A stretch of DNA of 58,724 nt from an uncultured archaeon (GCA_964619365.1 CAZUDQ010000002.1:132815-191538), one strand, 5' to 3'; numbered from the stretch's first letter, positions 46,965-57,700 are shown. A program made the numbers and translations. Notes: generated by a model not told the origin, from the sequence alone.

Positions 46965-47744
46965 CTATTTTAGCCTAGATGATATTTCTCCGGCCACTTT
47001 TTCTCCCGACATTAACATCCCACCAAAGATTGGACCCATTCTCGGGCACCCAAATGCGGCGTTTGCGGCCATTCCGGCAACATAGACATTTGCTGCGACT
47101 TCTCTTGTGAATTCAACACAATCAGCTTCGGCGCGTGTAGCATCCATACTCTTCTCCCAAAGAATTCCTCCAGTTTCAGTAAAAAGTTTTGTTCCAGTCT
47201 TCCGCTCAATAACAGAAAGTATCTCAAGAGGGTGGCCTGTTGCTTCAATTAAGTATTTGCATCCTATTGTCAAAGGGTCTACGTGGAGGCCAGCCATTTC
47301 AACAGGCGTCCAGTTTATGACAATGCCACAAACCTTGTTGTCCTTAAACATCACGTCTTCAATGCACATGCAGTTAAATATCTTGGCGCCGGCTTCAATT
47401 GCCTTTGAGCAGATTGTTGACGCGCAGCCTACTGAATCTGCAGTATAATAACCGTCTTTGAAAAGCTCTGTTTTAACGCCAATCTCATCAAGAAGCCTTT
47501 TGCCGTCCTCCTGGACTACAATCTCGTTAAATAGCATTCCACCACCCCACATACCACCTCCGGGGGCGAGCTTCTTTTCAAATATGGCAACTTTGTGCCC
47601 TGCTTTTGCAAGGTAATAGGCTGCAGTCATTCCGGCAGGTCCTGCTCCGGCTATTGCAACATCCACTTCTAAATGGTTTTTTAGCTTCTCAAAATATCTT
47701 TGTACTATTGCTTCTGTTACAGTTATTTCGTTTATTTCCATCAT
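46965..47744 (-). CDS. thi4: sulfide-dependent (non-Cys) thiazole synthase Thi4
   Basis: [33 protein letters not shown]. Confidence 0.95.
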   Translation of the reverse strand: MMEINEITVTEAIVQRYFEKLKNHLEVDVAIAGAGPAGMTAAYYLAKAGHKVAIFEKKLAPGGGMWGGGMLFNEIVVQEDGKRLLDEIGVKTELFKDGYYTADSVGCASTICSKAIEAGAKIFNCMCIEDVMFKDNKVCGIVINWTPVEMAGLHVDPLTIGCKYLIEATGHPLEILSVIERKTGTKLFTETGGILWEKSMDATRAEADCVEFTREVAANVYVAGMAANAAFGCPRMGPIFGGMLMSGEKVAGEISSRLK

Positions 47745-47827
47745 TTGTTTTTGAGATTTTGAATGTCTGTTGATAAAAGATGCCTGAATAATTTTTAAAT
47801 GCATCCTTCGGAATATAAATCGTTAAA

Positions 47828-48709
47828 ATGAATGAATTTTTAGAACTCTTAGACAAGAAAGTCGCCCACTTATGCGAGAAAAAAACCGCACTCATACTTT
47901 CAGGAGGCATTGACTCAGCCCTTCTTTGTGCACTTATGCCAAAACACTGCGAGTTTACGGCTTATACTGTTACTGTTGGAGAAGCGCCGGACTTAAAATT
48001 CGCGCGCATGGTTGCAGAGCAGTATGATGTGGCCCTTGAAATAATTGAACTCAATGACGAGATTGTCGACCGTGAACTAGAACACTTACTCCCCACAATA
48101 AAAAAGTTCCAGGGGGATGTTTCACCAGTAAGGGTCGGCGCTGAGTTCCCGACTTACTTTGCAGCCAAAGCCGCAGCAGCTGACGGATATAAAGTCGCAC
48201 TTTCTGCCCAGGGACCTGATGAAATGTTTGGGGGCTACGCACGCTACATGGAAGTCGCAAAGAATGGTGGATATCCCGCAATAGAAAAAATACTCCATGA
48301 TGACTCAATAGAGTTGCAGGGTGAGATTATAGCAATTGACAAAGCAGTATGCGCACTTCACGGAATCGAGCTTAGAGAACCTATGCTCGAAGATGATTTC
48401 ATCGAATTCGGACTTTCAATCCCTATTGAAAAGAGATTTTACTTTGAAAAGAAAACACCAGACTATCCCTTTGAAGAGTTTGAAGATTTTAAGGTAGTAA
48501 GGAAACTTTGTGAGAAAGTGGCCGCCGAAGAAGTCCTTCCAAAAGAGCTTGTCTGGCGCCCTAAAAAGGCTGCTCAATATGGCTCAGGCGTGCACAAAGC
48601 TCTTGACCGCCTTGCAAGAAAGTACGATTATAAGAAAAAGGCACGTGAGCTTGGCAGTAAACATTACTTGAGTATGTTCCTTGAAGACCGCCTAGGGGGT
48701 AAAGTCTGA
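47828..48709 (+). CDS. asparagine synthase C-terminal-domain protein (no glutaminase domain)
   Basis: LSGGIDS, QGPDEMFGGYARY, WRPKKAAQYGSG. Confidence 0.85.
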   Translation: MNEFLELLDKKVAHLCEKKTALILSGGIDSALLCALMPKHCEFTAYTVTVGEAPDLKFARMVAEQYDVALEIIELNDEIVDRELEHLLPTIKKFQGDVSPVRVGAEFPTYFAAKAAAADGYKVALSAQGPDEMFGGYARYMEVAKNGGYPAIEKILHDDSIELQGEIIAIDKAVCALHGIELREPMLEDDFIEFGLSIPIEKRFYFEKKTPDYPFEEFEDFKVVRKLCEKVAAEEVLPKELVWRPKKAAQYGSGVHKALDRLARKYDYKKKARELGSKHYLSMFLEDRLGGKV

Positions 48710-49194
48710 GATTGAGCCGCCGCCCTAACCTTCTTTAAAACTCTCCTTTTCAAATGTAATAACTCAGGCTCTGAGGAAAGAACCATACCATCTAGTTCCT
48801 TAGCATTAATTCTAATCGTATGTGCGCCTTTTTTTGCCTGGATATAGTGCTTTTCTACTCGGTCTTTACCTTCAGCATGAAGCTCGTTATGTATAAGACT
48901 TCCTGGAAACGGAGTAATAAAGACGCTATGGGGTACAAAACATTCTTCGTTAACTGGAGTCGTTCCTTCATGAACTGGGGTAACGTAGCCATGAGGGTGT
49001 AAGCTCACATAAACTGTTTTATTACCCGTTCGTACAGGGAAAACATCCTTATTTGTTTTTTCAGCAGAAATGAGTCTTTTGATTGTGGGCACTCCAAGTT
49101 TCTTTGAAAATTCCCCGTAGGTACAAGCAAGATGCACTTTTACAGGGTTTTTTATTGAGCCAACAGCATGTTTTTGACCAATTGGACGTTTCAT
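48664..49194 (-). CDS. basic hypothetical protein
   Basis: 176-aa ORF filling the gap between genes. Overlaps the 3' end of its neighbour by 46 bp. Confidence 0.5.
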   Translation of the reverse strand: MKRPIGQKHAVGSIKNPVKVHLACTYGEFSKKLGVPTIKRLISAEKTNKDVFPVRTGNKTVYVSLHPHGYVTPVHEGTTPVNEECFVPHSVFITPFPGSLIHNELHAEGKDRVEKHYIQAKKGAHTIRINAKELDGMVLSSEPELLHLKRRVLKKVRAAAQSQTLPPRRSSRNILK

Positions 49195-49273
49195 TGGGCT
49201 ACTATTATACGTAAAAAAATAAAAACAATAGCTGACTAATCTTTAATACTGCGCGCCTCAAAATAAAGAGACT

Positions 49274-49504
49274 ATGACTGGTAAGGAAGATAAGATTCTT
49301 AAGGATGGAAAAGCGCTTTTAGAAGAGTTCGCAAGCGCACTTGACAAGGTACCTGACATGGAAGGGACGCCTTATGTAATTGAACTAAAAAACGTCCTTG
49401 CCGGCGACTATCCTGGGCAAAGTCCTAGTGACTTTCCAAAACGGTTCTCAGAGCTTGCGCCAAGATGGGATTTTGGCTATCTTAAGGTTGAAAAGAAACG
49501 ATGA
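49274..49504 (+). CDS. gatC: Asp/Glu-tRNA amidotransferase subunit C (archaeal short type)
   Basis: Overlaps the gatA start; ends F...AP....GY.KVEK. Confidence 0.75.
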   Translation: MTGKEDKILKDGKALLEEFASALDKVPDMEGTPYVIELKNVLAGDYPGQSPSDFPKRFSELAPRWDFGYLKVEKKR

Positions 49505-50781
49505 GCAAGGAACATATAGAATCAATCTTGGAGAAAGAAGACTCTTGGAACGCATTTATAGAAAAAACGCCTGAAATAGCTAGAAGCGCCTCAAATGAAG
49601 GGATGCTTGCCGGAAAGACCCTTGCTATAAAATCATGTATAAACGTCAAGGGAGCCCTCACCTCATGCGCCTCAAAAACTCTTGATAATTATATCGCGCC
49701 ATATGACGCCACAGTTATTTCAAAGATAAAATCGGAAGGTGGCGCAATAATCGGCATGGCAAACATGGATGAATTTGCCTGCGGGGCATCTGGTGAAACA
49801 TCATATTATGGTCCTACAAAAAATCCAAGCGCAAAAGGCATGATACCCGGAGGCTCTTCTTCAGGTAGCGCTGCAGCAGTTGCCGCAGATCTATGTGATA
49901 TGGCAATTGGAACAGACACTGGAGGCTCTATCCGAAACCCTTCGAGTCATTGTGGTGTCGTAGGTTTTAAGCCAACTTATGGCACTGTTTCAAGATATGG
50001 TGTCTGTGATATGAGTATGAGCCTTGAGCAAGTAGGTCCAATTGCAAAATCCGTATACGACGCGGCGCTTCTTCTTGATGTAATATCTGGAAAGGATGAG
50101 CGCGAAGCAACGACACTTGACACAAGAGGCGGTTTTTCAGAAAACTTAAACCCTGACTTATCCGGCAAGAAACTGGGGTATGCAAAAGAGATTGATGAGC
50201 TCATCGTCGATGACGGCATTAGAACCTCAATTCACGCGGCTCTTGACAAACTAAAAAGCGAGGGTGCGGAGATTATTGACGTGGAACTTCCATCCCTTTC
50301 AATTTCAATTCCAACATACTATCTAAATGTTTATGTGGAGTTCTTCTCTGCGACAAGAAAGTATGACGGCCGAAGATTCGGCCATAAGATTGAAGAATCC
50401 TGCGGAGAAGAAGTTCTAAGGAGAATTACCCTTGGAAAATACATCAGCGCAGCAGAGTGGCAGGGTAAATACTACAGAAAGGCACTTGCTGCAAGAACGA
50501 TGATACGAAATGAGCTGGAATCGGCTCTTAAAGATGTTGATGCCCTTGTGGCCCCAGTTGTCCCGATGTTGCCGCATAAAATCGGAGAAGAAGGATCAAA
50601 CGACCCAAAAGTCATGTATGCTTATGATATATTTACAACTCCTGCAAACTTAGCAGGCCTTCCGGCCGGAAGCGTTCCTGCAAATGAAGTAAATGGCATC
50701 CCAACAGGACTCCAAGTAATTGGTAAACCCTTAAGTGACCAAAAAGTACTTGATGTTATGGCAGGCTTTGAAGCTCTCTGA
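49501..50781 (+). CDS. gatA: Asp/Glu-tRNA amidotransferase subunit A
   Basis: NMDEFA, PGGSSSGSAAAVAA, GTDTGGSIR, KPTYG.VSRYG, EV.RRI. Confidence 0.95.
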   Translation: MSKEHIESILEKEDSWNAFIEKTPEIARSASNEGMLAGKTLAIKSCINVKGALTSCASKTLDNYIAPYDATVISKIKSEGGAIIGMANMDEFACGASGETSYYGPTKNPSAKGMIPGGSSSGSAAAVAADLCDMAIGTDTGGSIRNPSSHCGVVGFKPTYGTVSRYGVCDMSMSLEQVGPIAKSVYDAALLLDVISGKDEREATTLDTRGGFSENLNPDLSGKKLGYAKEIDELIVDDGIRTSIHAALDKLKSEGAEIIDVELPSLSISIPTYYLNVYVEFFSATRKYDGRRFGHKIEESCGEEVLRRITLGKYISAAEWQGKYYRKALAARTMIRNELESALKDVDALVAPVVPMLPHKIGEEGSNDPKVMYAYDIFTTPANLAGLPAGSVPANEVNGIPTGLQVIGKPLSDQKVLDVMAGFEAL

Positions 50782-50784
50782 GCC

Positions 50785-51324
50785 CTATTTTGTCGGAGGC
50801 AGCCAGGTAGTCGTTTCTTTTAAAAGCAGGCCTTCTTTTGGCTTTAAAGCCCCTTTAAGGAGTGTTTTAATGCTAGGGGTGACCAATTCTTCCCAGGAAC
50901 TGTCATCTTTTGCCATTAGGCATCTTATATTTGCCCCATTATAGGCCTCTATTGAAAAGTCTGGCTGCTCTTTTACAATAATTTTATTCGCTTTAAAGAG
51001 TCTTGTGGGGAGGGGATTTCTTGAGTATGCGCAATCAAAATCTCCACAAAAAGATTTTACGTGTCCTGGCCAAGAGGAATAATCATGGATATCTGGAATC
51101 AGGACTATCTTATACTTGTTTTGGGGTATGGCCGCTTCAGATAATGCGACATTTATCATCGTCTCGCGCTCAGCTCCCGACCAAGGATTCTCAGGCGTTC
51201 CCGAGTACTGCGCGCTTCCGACGCCAATTATCACAAGGTCATTTTCAGAGAGTATATATCTTATTGTCTCCAGATGACCTTTATGGAAGGGTTGGAACCT
51301 GCCTATAAAAAGCGCCTTTGCCAT
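50785..51324 (-). CDS. nadM: nicotinamide-nucleotide adenylyltransferase
   Basis: GRFQPFHKGH, GSAQYS...NPW..ER. Confidence 0.93.
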   Translation of the reverse strand: MAKALFIGRFQPFHKGHLETIRYILSENDLVIIGVGSAQYSGTPENPWSGAERETMINVALSEAAIPQNKYKIVLIPDIHDYSSWPGHVKSFCGDFDCAYSRNPLPTRLFKANKIIVKEQPDFSIEAYNGANIRCLMAKDDSSWEELVTPSIKTLLKGALKPKEGLLLKETTTWLPPTK

Positions 51325-51364
51325 AGCTATTTTTAAATCGGAAGACTCAAAAACGAAAACATAA

Positions 51365-52087
51365 ATGAATATTCCAAATTCTCATCCAAGATACGAGTCC
51401 TTGCGGGAACGGCATCTAATCGAAGAAGGGGTAAAAGACGGAATGGTGACGCCAACTGGCATGATTGCTCAAGGGCGCGGCGAAGCCTTTGATTACCTTA
51501 TAGGCGAAAAAACAACAGACTCTGCGCTTGCTGCAATACGCGCGGCTATCTCTCTTATGAAGGCATCTAACTGTGTCACGATTTCAGTAAATGGCAATGT
51601 CGCAGCACTTTGTGCAAAAGACGTCGTTTCTTTAGCAGATTCCCTCAACGCTAAAATCGAGGTAAATCTTTTTTACTGGATGCCCGCACGCGAAAAGAAG
51701 GTTGCCAATGCCCTCATCAAAGCTGGCGCAAAGAAGGTATATGGGACAAAAGACAAAATAGTCATGCCTGGAATCGACCATAATCGCGGCAAGATAGACC
51801 CTGAAGGAATCAGTAGTTCGGACTGCGTTCTTGTGATGCTTGAAGACGGAGACAGAACCTGCGCACTAAAGAATATGGGTAAAAAAGTAATAGCAATAGA
51901 CTTAAACCCGTTTTCAAGAACTGCAATTGACGCGGATATTACAATTGTTGATAATGTTGTGCGCGCAGTACCCAAAATGCTTGAACTCGCAAAAAACGAA
52001 GTTCTAAATGAACTTAAGTTTGATAATAAGAAAAACCTCTTTTTATCCAAAGAAGCAATAATGAAAAATCTTAGTCAAGAAGATTGA
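51365..52087 (+). CDS. pps: 4-phosphopantoate--beta-alanine ligase (archaeal PPS)
   Basis: IP.SHPRY.SL, GRGEAFDYL.GE, SVNGN, LEDGDR, DLNP.SRT. Confidence 0.93.
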   Translation: MNIPNSHPRYESLRERHLIEEGVKDGMVTPTGMIAQGRGEAFDYLIGEKTTDSALAAIRAAISLMKASNCVTISVNGNVAALCAKDVVSLADSLNAKIEVNLFYWMPAREKKVANALIKAGAKKVYGTKDKIVMPGIDHNRGKIDPEGISSSDCVLVMLEDGDRTCALKNMGKKVIAIDLNPFSRTAIDADITIVDNVVRAVPKMLELAKNEVLNELKFDNKKNLFLSKEAIMKNLSQED

Positions 52088-52760
52088 GTATCCCGCGCAG
52101 TTTTTCTATTGGTATCTGACCTGCAGCAGAATTTTTGCTCTCGTCAAGAGACGCATAAGAAAGGTATGACCCAAGTTTAGGTCCAAATACACGACTCATT
52201 TGACCAAGATCACCCATTGATATTGCAATAACATCCTTGCCCTTTAGCTTTGCGTATTCTATTGTGGAGAGTACCTTACAGACATCAGAGACCTTTTGGG
52301 GCATTACTGCTATTTTAGCTATGTTTGCACCCGCCGCATACATGTTTTTTACCGTGTCAATAAGCTCTTCTACACTTGGCGTCTTTTCAAAATCATGATG
52401 GGAGATGATAAGTTTTGAACCGCTTTCACGGCACGCCTTTGCAATCTCATAACGCCAGCCGATATCCAGGCTTTCTTCTATGTCAACGTATTCTGCGCCA
52501 AATGAAAGGGCAGTTTCAAGAAGTGCTACTTTGTCTTTATCATCGCCGTTCCAAAAACCACCTTCTGATTCGCAACGAATCGTTACGATTTTTGGTATTT
52601 CAATGCCATCGACAAGATCACCAACTATCGCGTCATCAAGCTCTCCGATGTAATCAAGCCTAAGTTCAACTAAATCTGCACCTTTTTCCTTAGCACCAGT
52701 CATAGCGGCGAGAGCGTCTTTAACATTAGCCTCGCATATTGGTACGCATAATAGTGACAT
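52071..52760 (-). CDS. aroD: type I 3-dehydroquinate dehydratase
   Basis: VELRLD, TIR...EGG, SHHDF..TP, AKIA, SMG..G..SR, A.GQ. Confidence 0.93.
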   Translation of the reverse strand: MSLLCVPICEANVKDALAAMTGAKEKGADLVELRLDYIGELDDAIVGDLVDGIEIPKIVTIRCESEGGFWNGDDKDKVALLETALSFGAEYVDIEESLDIGWRYEIAKACRESGSKLIISHHDFEKTPSVEELIDTVKNMYAAGANIAKIAVMPQKVSDVCKVLSTIEYAKLKGKDVIAISMGDLGQMSRVFGPKLGSYLSYASLDESKNSAAGQIPIEKLRGILNLLD

Positions 52761-52781
52761 TTTTTGTCTCAAAATAAATAT

Positions 52782-53798
52782 TTACTTCTCGTTGATTGAT
52801 TCCTCAATCGCCATGCCAAAATGACGGCCTCCGGTCTCAACATAGGCTAAGACCTCGTCACCCTCTTTTAGCTTTGAAACCGAAAGTGCTTTACCTTCGG
52901 GGGTTGTAAGTCGTATTGTTTCTGCGTTTTGCAGGATTGTTTTTATTGTCTTTTGCACACCATCAAGAGACACTGAGGCTTCTATGTGGAGCAATGGGCG
53001 CTTTTCAATCTTCATCCTTCCGATAACAACTGCTCTTGTGTTCCCTTTTGAATCAACAGCCATTACTTCGTCTCCACCTTCAAGCTCAGACAAGTATGTT
53101 GTTTTCCCATTTGAAAGAAGCGTGTAGGCGTGAACCGTCCCAGCGTTCACCCTAAATGGCCTTGCGGCTACATACGGCGATTCAATGGTCTCTGCATGAA
53201 CTAAGAATAAACCTGAGGAGGATGAGCCAACGAGCATGCCTTCCCCATTTGAGAAAAGTGAACATGTATCGACGCATACACGGTCGCCCATACCAACTAC
53301 TTTTACCTTTGTTATCTTTGCCTTGAGAAGTTTTATTTCCTGACCGCCCATTTTCTCAAGAATCCCTGCTGCTTTTTTTATGTCCGGGACAGGACCTCTG
53401 AATAAAACGCCGTCAACGCCGGACTCAAGAGTTTCAATGGCGACTTTTGCATCGTTTAAGCTCGCTACGCTTGCAATTAGCGTTCCTTTGCCCTTTTGTT
53501 TTGAAGCAATGAGGTTTTCTAATGGGATTATCGTCCAGTCTGTTGTTGAAACGACAACAGTTTTATCTCTTGCAAGCTTTGCCGCGTTTAATTCATCCTC
53601 TTTGTTCTTTATTGTGAGGATTTCTGCCTTGATATCTTTACCGATAATGGCAATCGTTCCAAGCTCTTTTACAAGGTTTTCTTCGCCTGGATTAACAAGA
53701 ACTGCCTCTGCGCCTGATTCAAGAGCCTCTGTAACGCGCGTCTTGCGCTCATCCCAAGGAGCATCGCCTGATGCATCCACCCATAATGATTTGGTCAT
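52782..53798 (-). CDS. aroB': 3-dehydroquinate synthase II (archaeal)
   Basis: WTIIPLEN, GDRVCVDTC, RPFRVNAG, LQNAETI, GRHFG. Confidence 0.95.
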   Translation of the reverse strand: MTKSLWVDASGDAPWDERKTRVTEALESGAEAVLVNPGEENLVKELGTIAIIGKDIKAEILTIKNKEDELNAAKLARDKTVVVSTTDWTIIPLENLIASKQKGKGTLIASVASLNDAKVAIETLESGVDGVLFRGPVPDIKKAAGILEKMGGQEIKLLKAKITKVKVVGMGDRVCVDTCSLFSNGEGMLVGSSSSGLFLVHAETIESPYVAARPFRVNAGTVHAYTLLSNGKTTYLSELEGGDEVMAVDSKGNTRAVVIGRMKIEKRPLLHIEASVSLDGVQKTIKTILQNAETIRLTTPEGKALSVSKLKEGDEVLAYVETGGRHFGMAIEESINEK

Positions 53799-53910
53799 TT
53801 GCGAACTGAAAAGAAAAAGTACGGGATAAAGTTCAGTTTATAGTAATAAAAATCAAGAGACTTTTAGCTCGTTGTAACTTGCATATAGACTCTTAAATCT
53901 CGTGATCCAG

Positions 53911-54708
53911 TTATTTAAGGAATTTTAGAGCTTCTGCTACGCCCTTCTTCCCGTGAACAATAGCGTTTACTGCGCCGACCATCTTTGCAGGGTCTTTTGC
54001 CTGGAAGAAATTCCTACCCATAGCAACTCCTGCGCCGCCAGCCTCTAGTGAATCTGCAACCATTTGTAGTACATCTTCAATCTTTTTTGCCTTGGCACCG
54101 CCGGCAATGACAACAGGAACTCCGCAGCAGCCTTCAACTACTTCCTTAAACGAGTCAATGTCTCCTGTGTAGTTAGTCTTTATAATGTCTGCTCCAAGTT
54201 CAACCCCGATTCTTGCCGCGATTTTTACGACTTCAGCGTCATACGGGTCTTTTACGTCATGACCTCTTGGGTACATCATTGCAAGAAGGGGCATTCCCCA
54301 TTCATCTGCAGATTCGGCGACCATGCCAAGATCCTGCATCATATCAGTTTCGGTTTCAGCACCTATATTAACATGCACTGAAACAGCATCAGCTCCCATG
54401 CGCACTGTCTCTTCAACTGTTGTTACAAGGCGCTTTGCGTTAGGGTCTGGAGCTAGATTAGAAGAACCTGATAAATGAATAATGAGACCTGTATCCTTGC
54501 CGTATCCTCTGTGAGCAGTTCTTACCATGCCTTTATGCAAAAGGATTGCATTTGCTCCGCCATTTACTACAGAGTCGACTGCAGCTGCCATGTCACTAAG
54601 TCCGGGAATCGGGCCTACTGTTATGCCGTGATCCATTGGGGCAATTATGCTTCTGCCATCTTTACGGTCAATTATCCGCTCCATGCGAATTTGTTTGCCT
54701 GAAATCAT
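53911..54708 (-). CDS. aroA': 2-amino-3,7-dideoxy-D-threo-hept-6-ulosonate synthase (DhnA-type aldolase)
   Basis: [36 protein letters not shown]. Adjacent to aroB'. Confidence 0.9.
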   Translation of the reverse strand: MISGKQIRMERIIDRKDGRSIIAPMDHGITVGPIPGLSDMAAAVDSVVNGGANAILLHKGMVRTAHRGYGKDTGLIIHLSGSSNLAPDPNAKRLVTTVEETVRMGADAVSVHVNIGAETETDMMQDLGMVAESADEWGMPLLAMMYPRGHDVKDPYDAEVVKIAARIGVELGADIIKTNYTGDIDSFKEVVEGCCGVPVVIAGGAKAKKIEDVLQMVADSLEAGGAGVAMGRNFFQAKDPAKMVGAVNAIVHGKKGVAEALKFLK

Positions 54709-54747
54709 TTTATTTAGATATTTTTGCAGCAGGGTTAAAAAATATGC

Positions 54748-57700
54748 CTATATCTTCTCAATAATGCCTGAACTGCGTTTCTTCGCGGCAAAAGTGACAA
54801 TAAGGAATGCTGCGATTATGACTGCGACAAGTAAGAGAACTGAGCGCGCGGCTGAGTCGGCAATCCAGTTTACAAAGTCGCCTACTGCGTCTGCAACAGA
54901 GCCAAGGACGCCTGCTATTCCTGAGTCTCCCGTCCCGCCTTTAGTCTCAACGTCAAGAAGGACGTAGTTTCCGGCGTATCCACTCTTATCGGCCATAACA
55001 GCCCATTTGCCTTTCTCATAAAGCTTAAAGCCGTCTTCATAGGAGAGTATGCGCCCATCAGGCGTGATAAACTGTATTGTCACCCCGTCAATCAGGTTGC
55101 CAAACTCGTCATAAATTGTGACATTAACACCGTCTCCGACAAATTCCCCGCCGATAATAATGATTTCAAGAGCGCCTTCAGTTGCGTTGACTTCGCAGGT
55201 ATCAACCATTGTGCCGTCACCCCCGCAGTTTCCGCTTTCACATGAACACTCGCACATGCGAGTCTTGAGGCCCCCAACGCATTCACTCCACTCTTCACAT
55301 ATCCAGTCAGCGTCGCATTCTTCTTCCTTCCCACAAGTCTCATCGTAGGTAAACTCACATGTTCCTGCAACACAGCTTGGGATAAAACATTCCTGGACGG
55401 GGCAATCAGAATCGGTCTTGCAATCACATACGTAGGCTCCTGGGACACACTCCCCTCCAGAGCAAAGGTCTCCTTGCGTACAGAAGTCACCGTCATCACA
55501 CGCACTTGTTGTTGGAATCTCTGCACACATACCAAGCTCGCAGACAAGGTCGATACATGGGTCGCTTGAGTCTCCGCAAGTGTTTCCTGATAATAGCTCG
55601 ATTATGCACTCCCCATTAACGCACTCAACTGTCGTGCAGGGGTTGCCGTCATCCGGGCAAGTTACACCCTCACAGGCATTACAGTCCTGTTCTGTTTCAT
55701 GGTTCCCTGAACACTGAGAGTCTTTCGGGCATCCGCATGAACAAGAGCGCGTCTGGGTTCCATCCTCGCATTCGCTCCATTCACCACACGACCAAGATTT
55801 TGAGCAACTTGGCGCGGGACAATGAACTGAGACTGTTGCTGAGTCCGTTATTGTCACGGGTTCTGAAGTGTCTGAAGTGACGCTAACACTTCTTGAGATT
55901 GAAGTTGTCGGGCAAGAAACGCCTTGAGTCCAAGCGTGATTATATGAGTCTCCAGAGTCAATATTTCTGTTATACATTGCCCCCCATGAGGTTGTTATTG
56001 TAACAGTTAACTCTGTTTCTCCTAAATTTGTTATTGTAAGATTCCAAGCAACGGTTCCAGTTTCGTCAATACTGCTTGGAACTGCCCTGAAGTCTACTGT
56101 GAAATTTGCATCGCCCGGAAAGACTTCAAGAAGGCCAAGATCACTTGATGAGTTGTAGTTGCTGGTGTTCTCAATCGTGCAGTTAAGCGTGTGAGTCATA
56201 TCCGGCGAAAGGGTCTTTACTCCTTGGCTTGTTATCTCCTCATCAATCGAAAGGACTGTTGAGAGCGAATCTGGGGTTCCGTTGCATGTGATATTAACTG
56301 GCAGCGTGTATGCCACAGGAGAGGTCTCATTAACGTTAAGTGTGACACTTGTTGCGGCTTTGTCTACGTGCAGGTACTTTGTGTCAATTGAGTCTCCAAA
56401 TGAACCTGTGCCTGACATTATACAAGTCAGGTTGTAGCGGTCTGTGTCAAGGACCCCAAGACTTCCTTCTGATATCGGTGTCCCATTGCGGTAAAGCTGG
56501 GTTGTTCCTTCTCCTTCTACAATTGTGCAGCTCGCGCTTACAAGAGTGCCGTAGGTTACAGGACTTGAATCGTTAAGAGTTACCGCGACTTCAGTTGTGT
56601 ATCCTGTGACTGTGACTGTCAAATCAGCTGTTGCAGACTGGGTTAGAGCGTCAGTTGCAGTTAGCCTTAGGGCGTGTTCGGTAAATATTGGAAGCTCTGT
56701 TGCGTTCCTTAGGGACTCTGATACTATTGTGAAATCTGTATTGTTAACCGTTAAGGAATCAATTCCCTCGCAGGCAAAGACTTCAATTGGGTAGTTTAGG
56801 TCCGTTCTGAAGAATACTGTTTGGTTAGTGACTCCTACAAACTGTGGCCCGCATCCTTGCGCGTCATAACTCGGGCACCCCTGGCATGTCGCGTCTTCGC
56901 GTGTTAATGCGGGGGTTCCAACGCACTGGCAGTCAGAACTCCATTTTGCGCTGTCCCAAAAGGTGAAGGGCTCATTATCCATCGTCTTAAAGTAGGAGAT
57001 GTCTGAAATTTCTGTGCAGCCTGAGTCACCTGTCGGGTAGCAATATTCCGCGTCGCCTCCCGCAAGCCAGTAGACATTATTAAGGCTTGTGAAGTTGTCA
57101 TCGCCTGCGATTCCTCCGGCGTCTCTTGTCGAGTAGACAAGATTTGAGGCAAAAGAATCATATATCCTTGTTCGGTATGAGAATCCTGAGAGACCGCCAA
57201 CGCTTTCAGTTCCGGCCACAGTTCCTGAGGCATAAGAGTCTGTTATTATTGCAGACTGCGCGTGGCCAAATATTCCTCCAACTATGCGCCCTCCTGCAAG
57301 ATTGCCGTCAAAGTATGAGTCATATATCCGTGCACTTGGAGCATATCCTGAAATCCCGCCTGTAGCGTATATACTTGAAACATTACCTCTTGCATATGAA
57401 TCCCTTATTGTCGATGATGAGGAATGACCAAATAACCCTCCAGCATAGTAGTTGCCCTTTATGTTTCCAACTGAGCTGCAATTTGTGATTGTCGCGCCGT
57501 AAAAGACTCCTCCAAGACCCCCTGTGTGGTGGTTTCTTCCCGTGATATTTCCCCGGAAGTTACAACGCAACATACTAGAACTGGCTCCATAACCAACGAT
57601 TCCACCCACATAATGGCTTGTTGAGTCCATGCGCCCACTTGCGTTAATATCGCTAAATGTCGCGTATGCTGCGCGCGTGGCAATGGCGCCTGCCATATAG

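Noticed and set aside
47745-47827. TPP riboswitch upstream of thi4
   Set aside because: The gap is short and AT-rich and lacks the CTGAGA and paired-stem signature.
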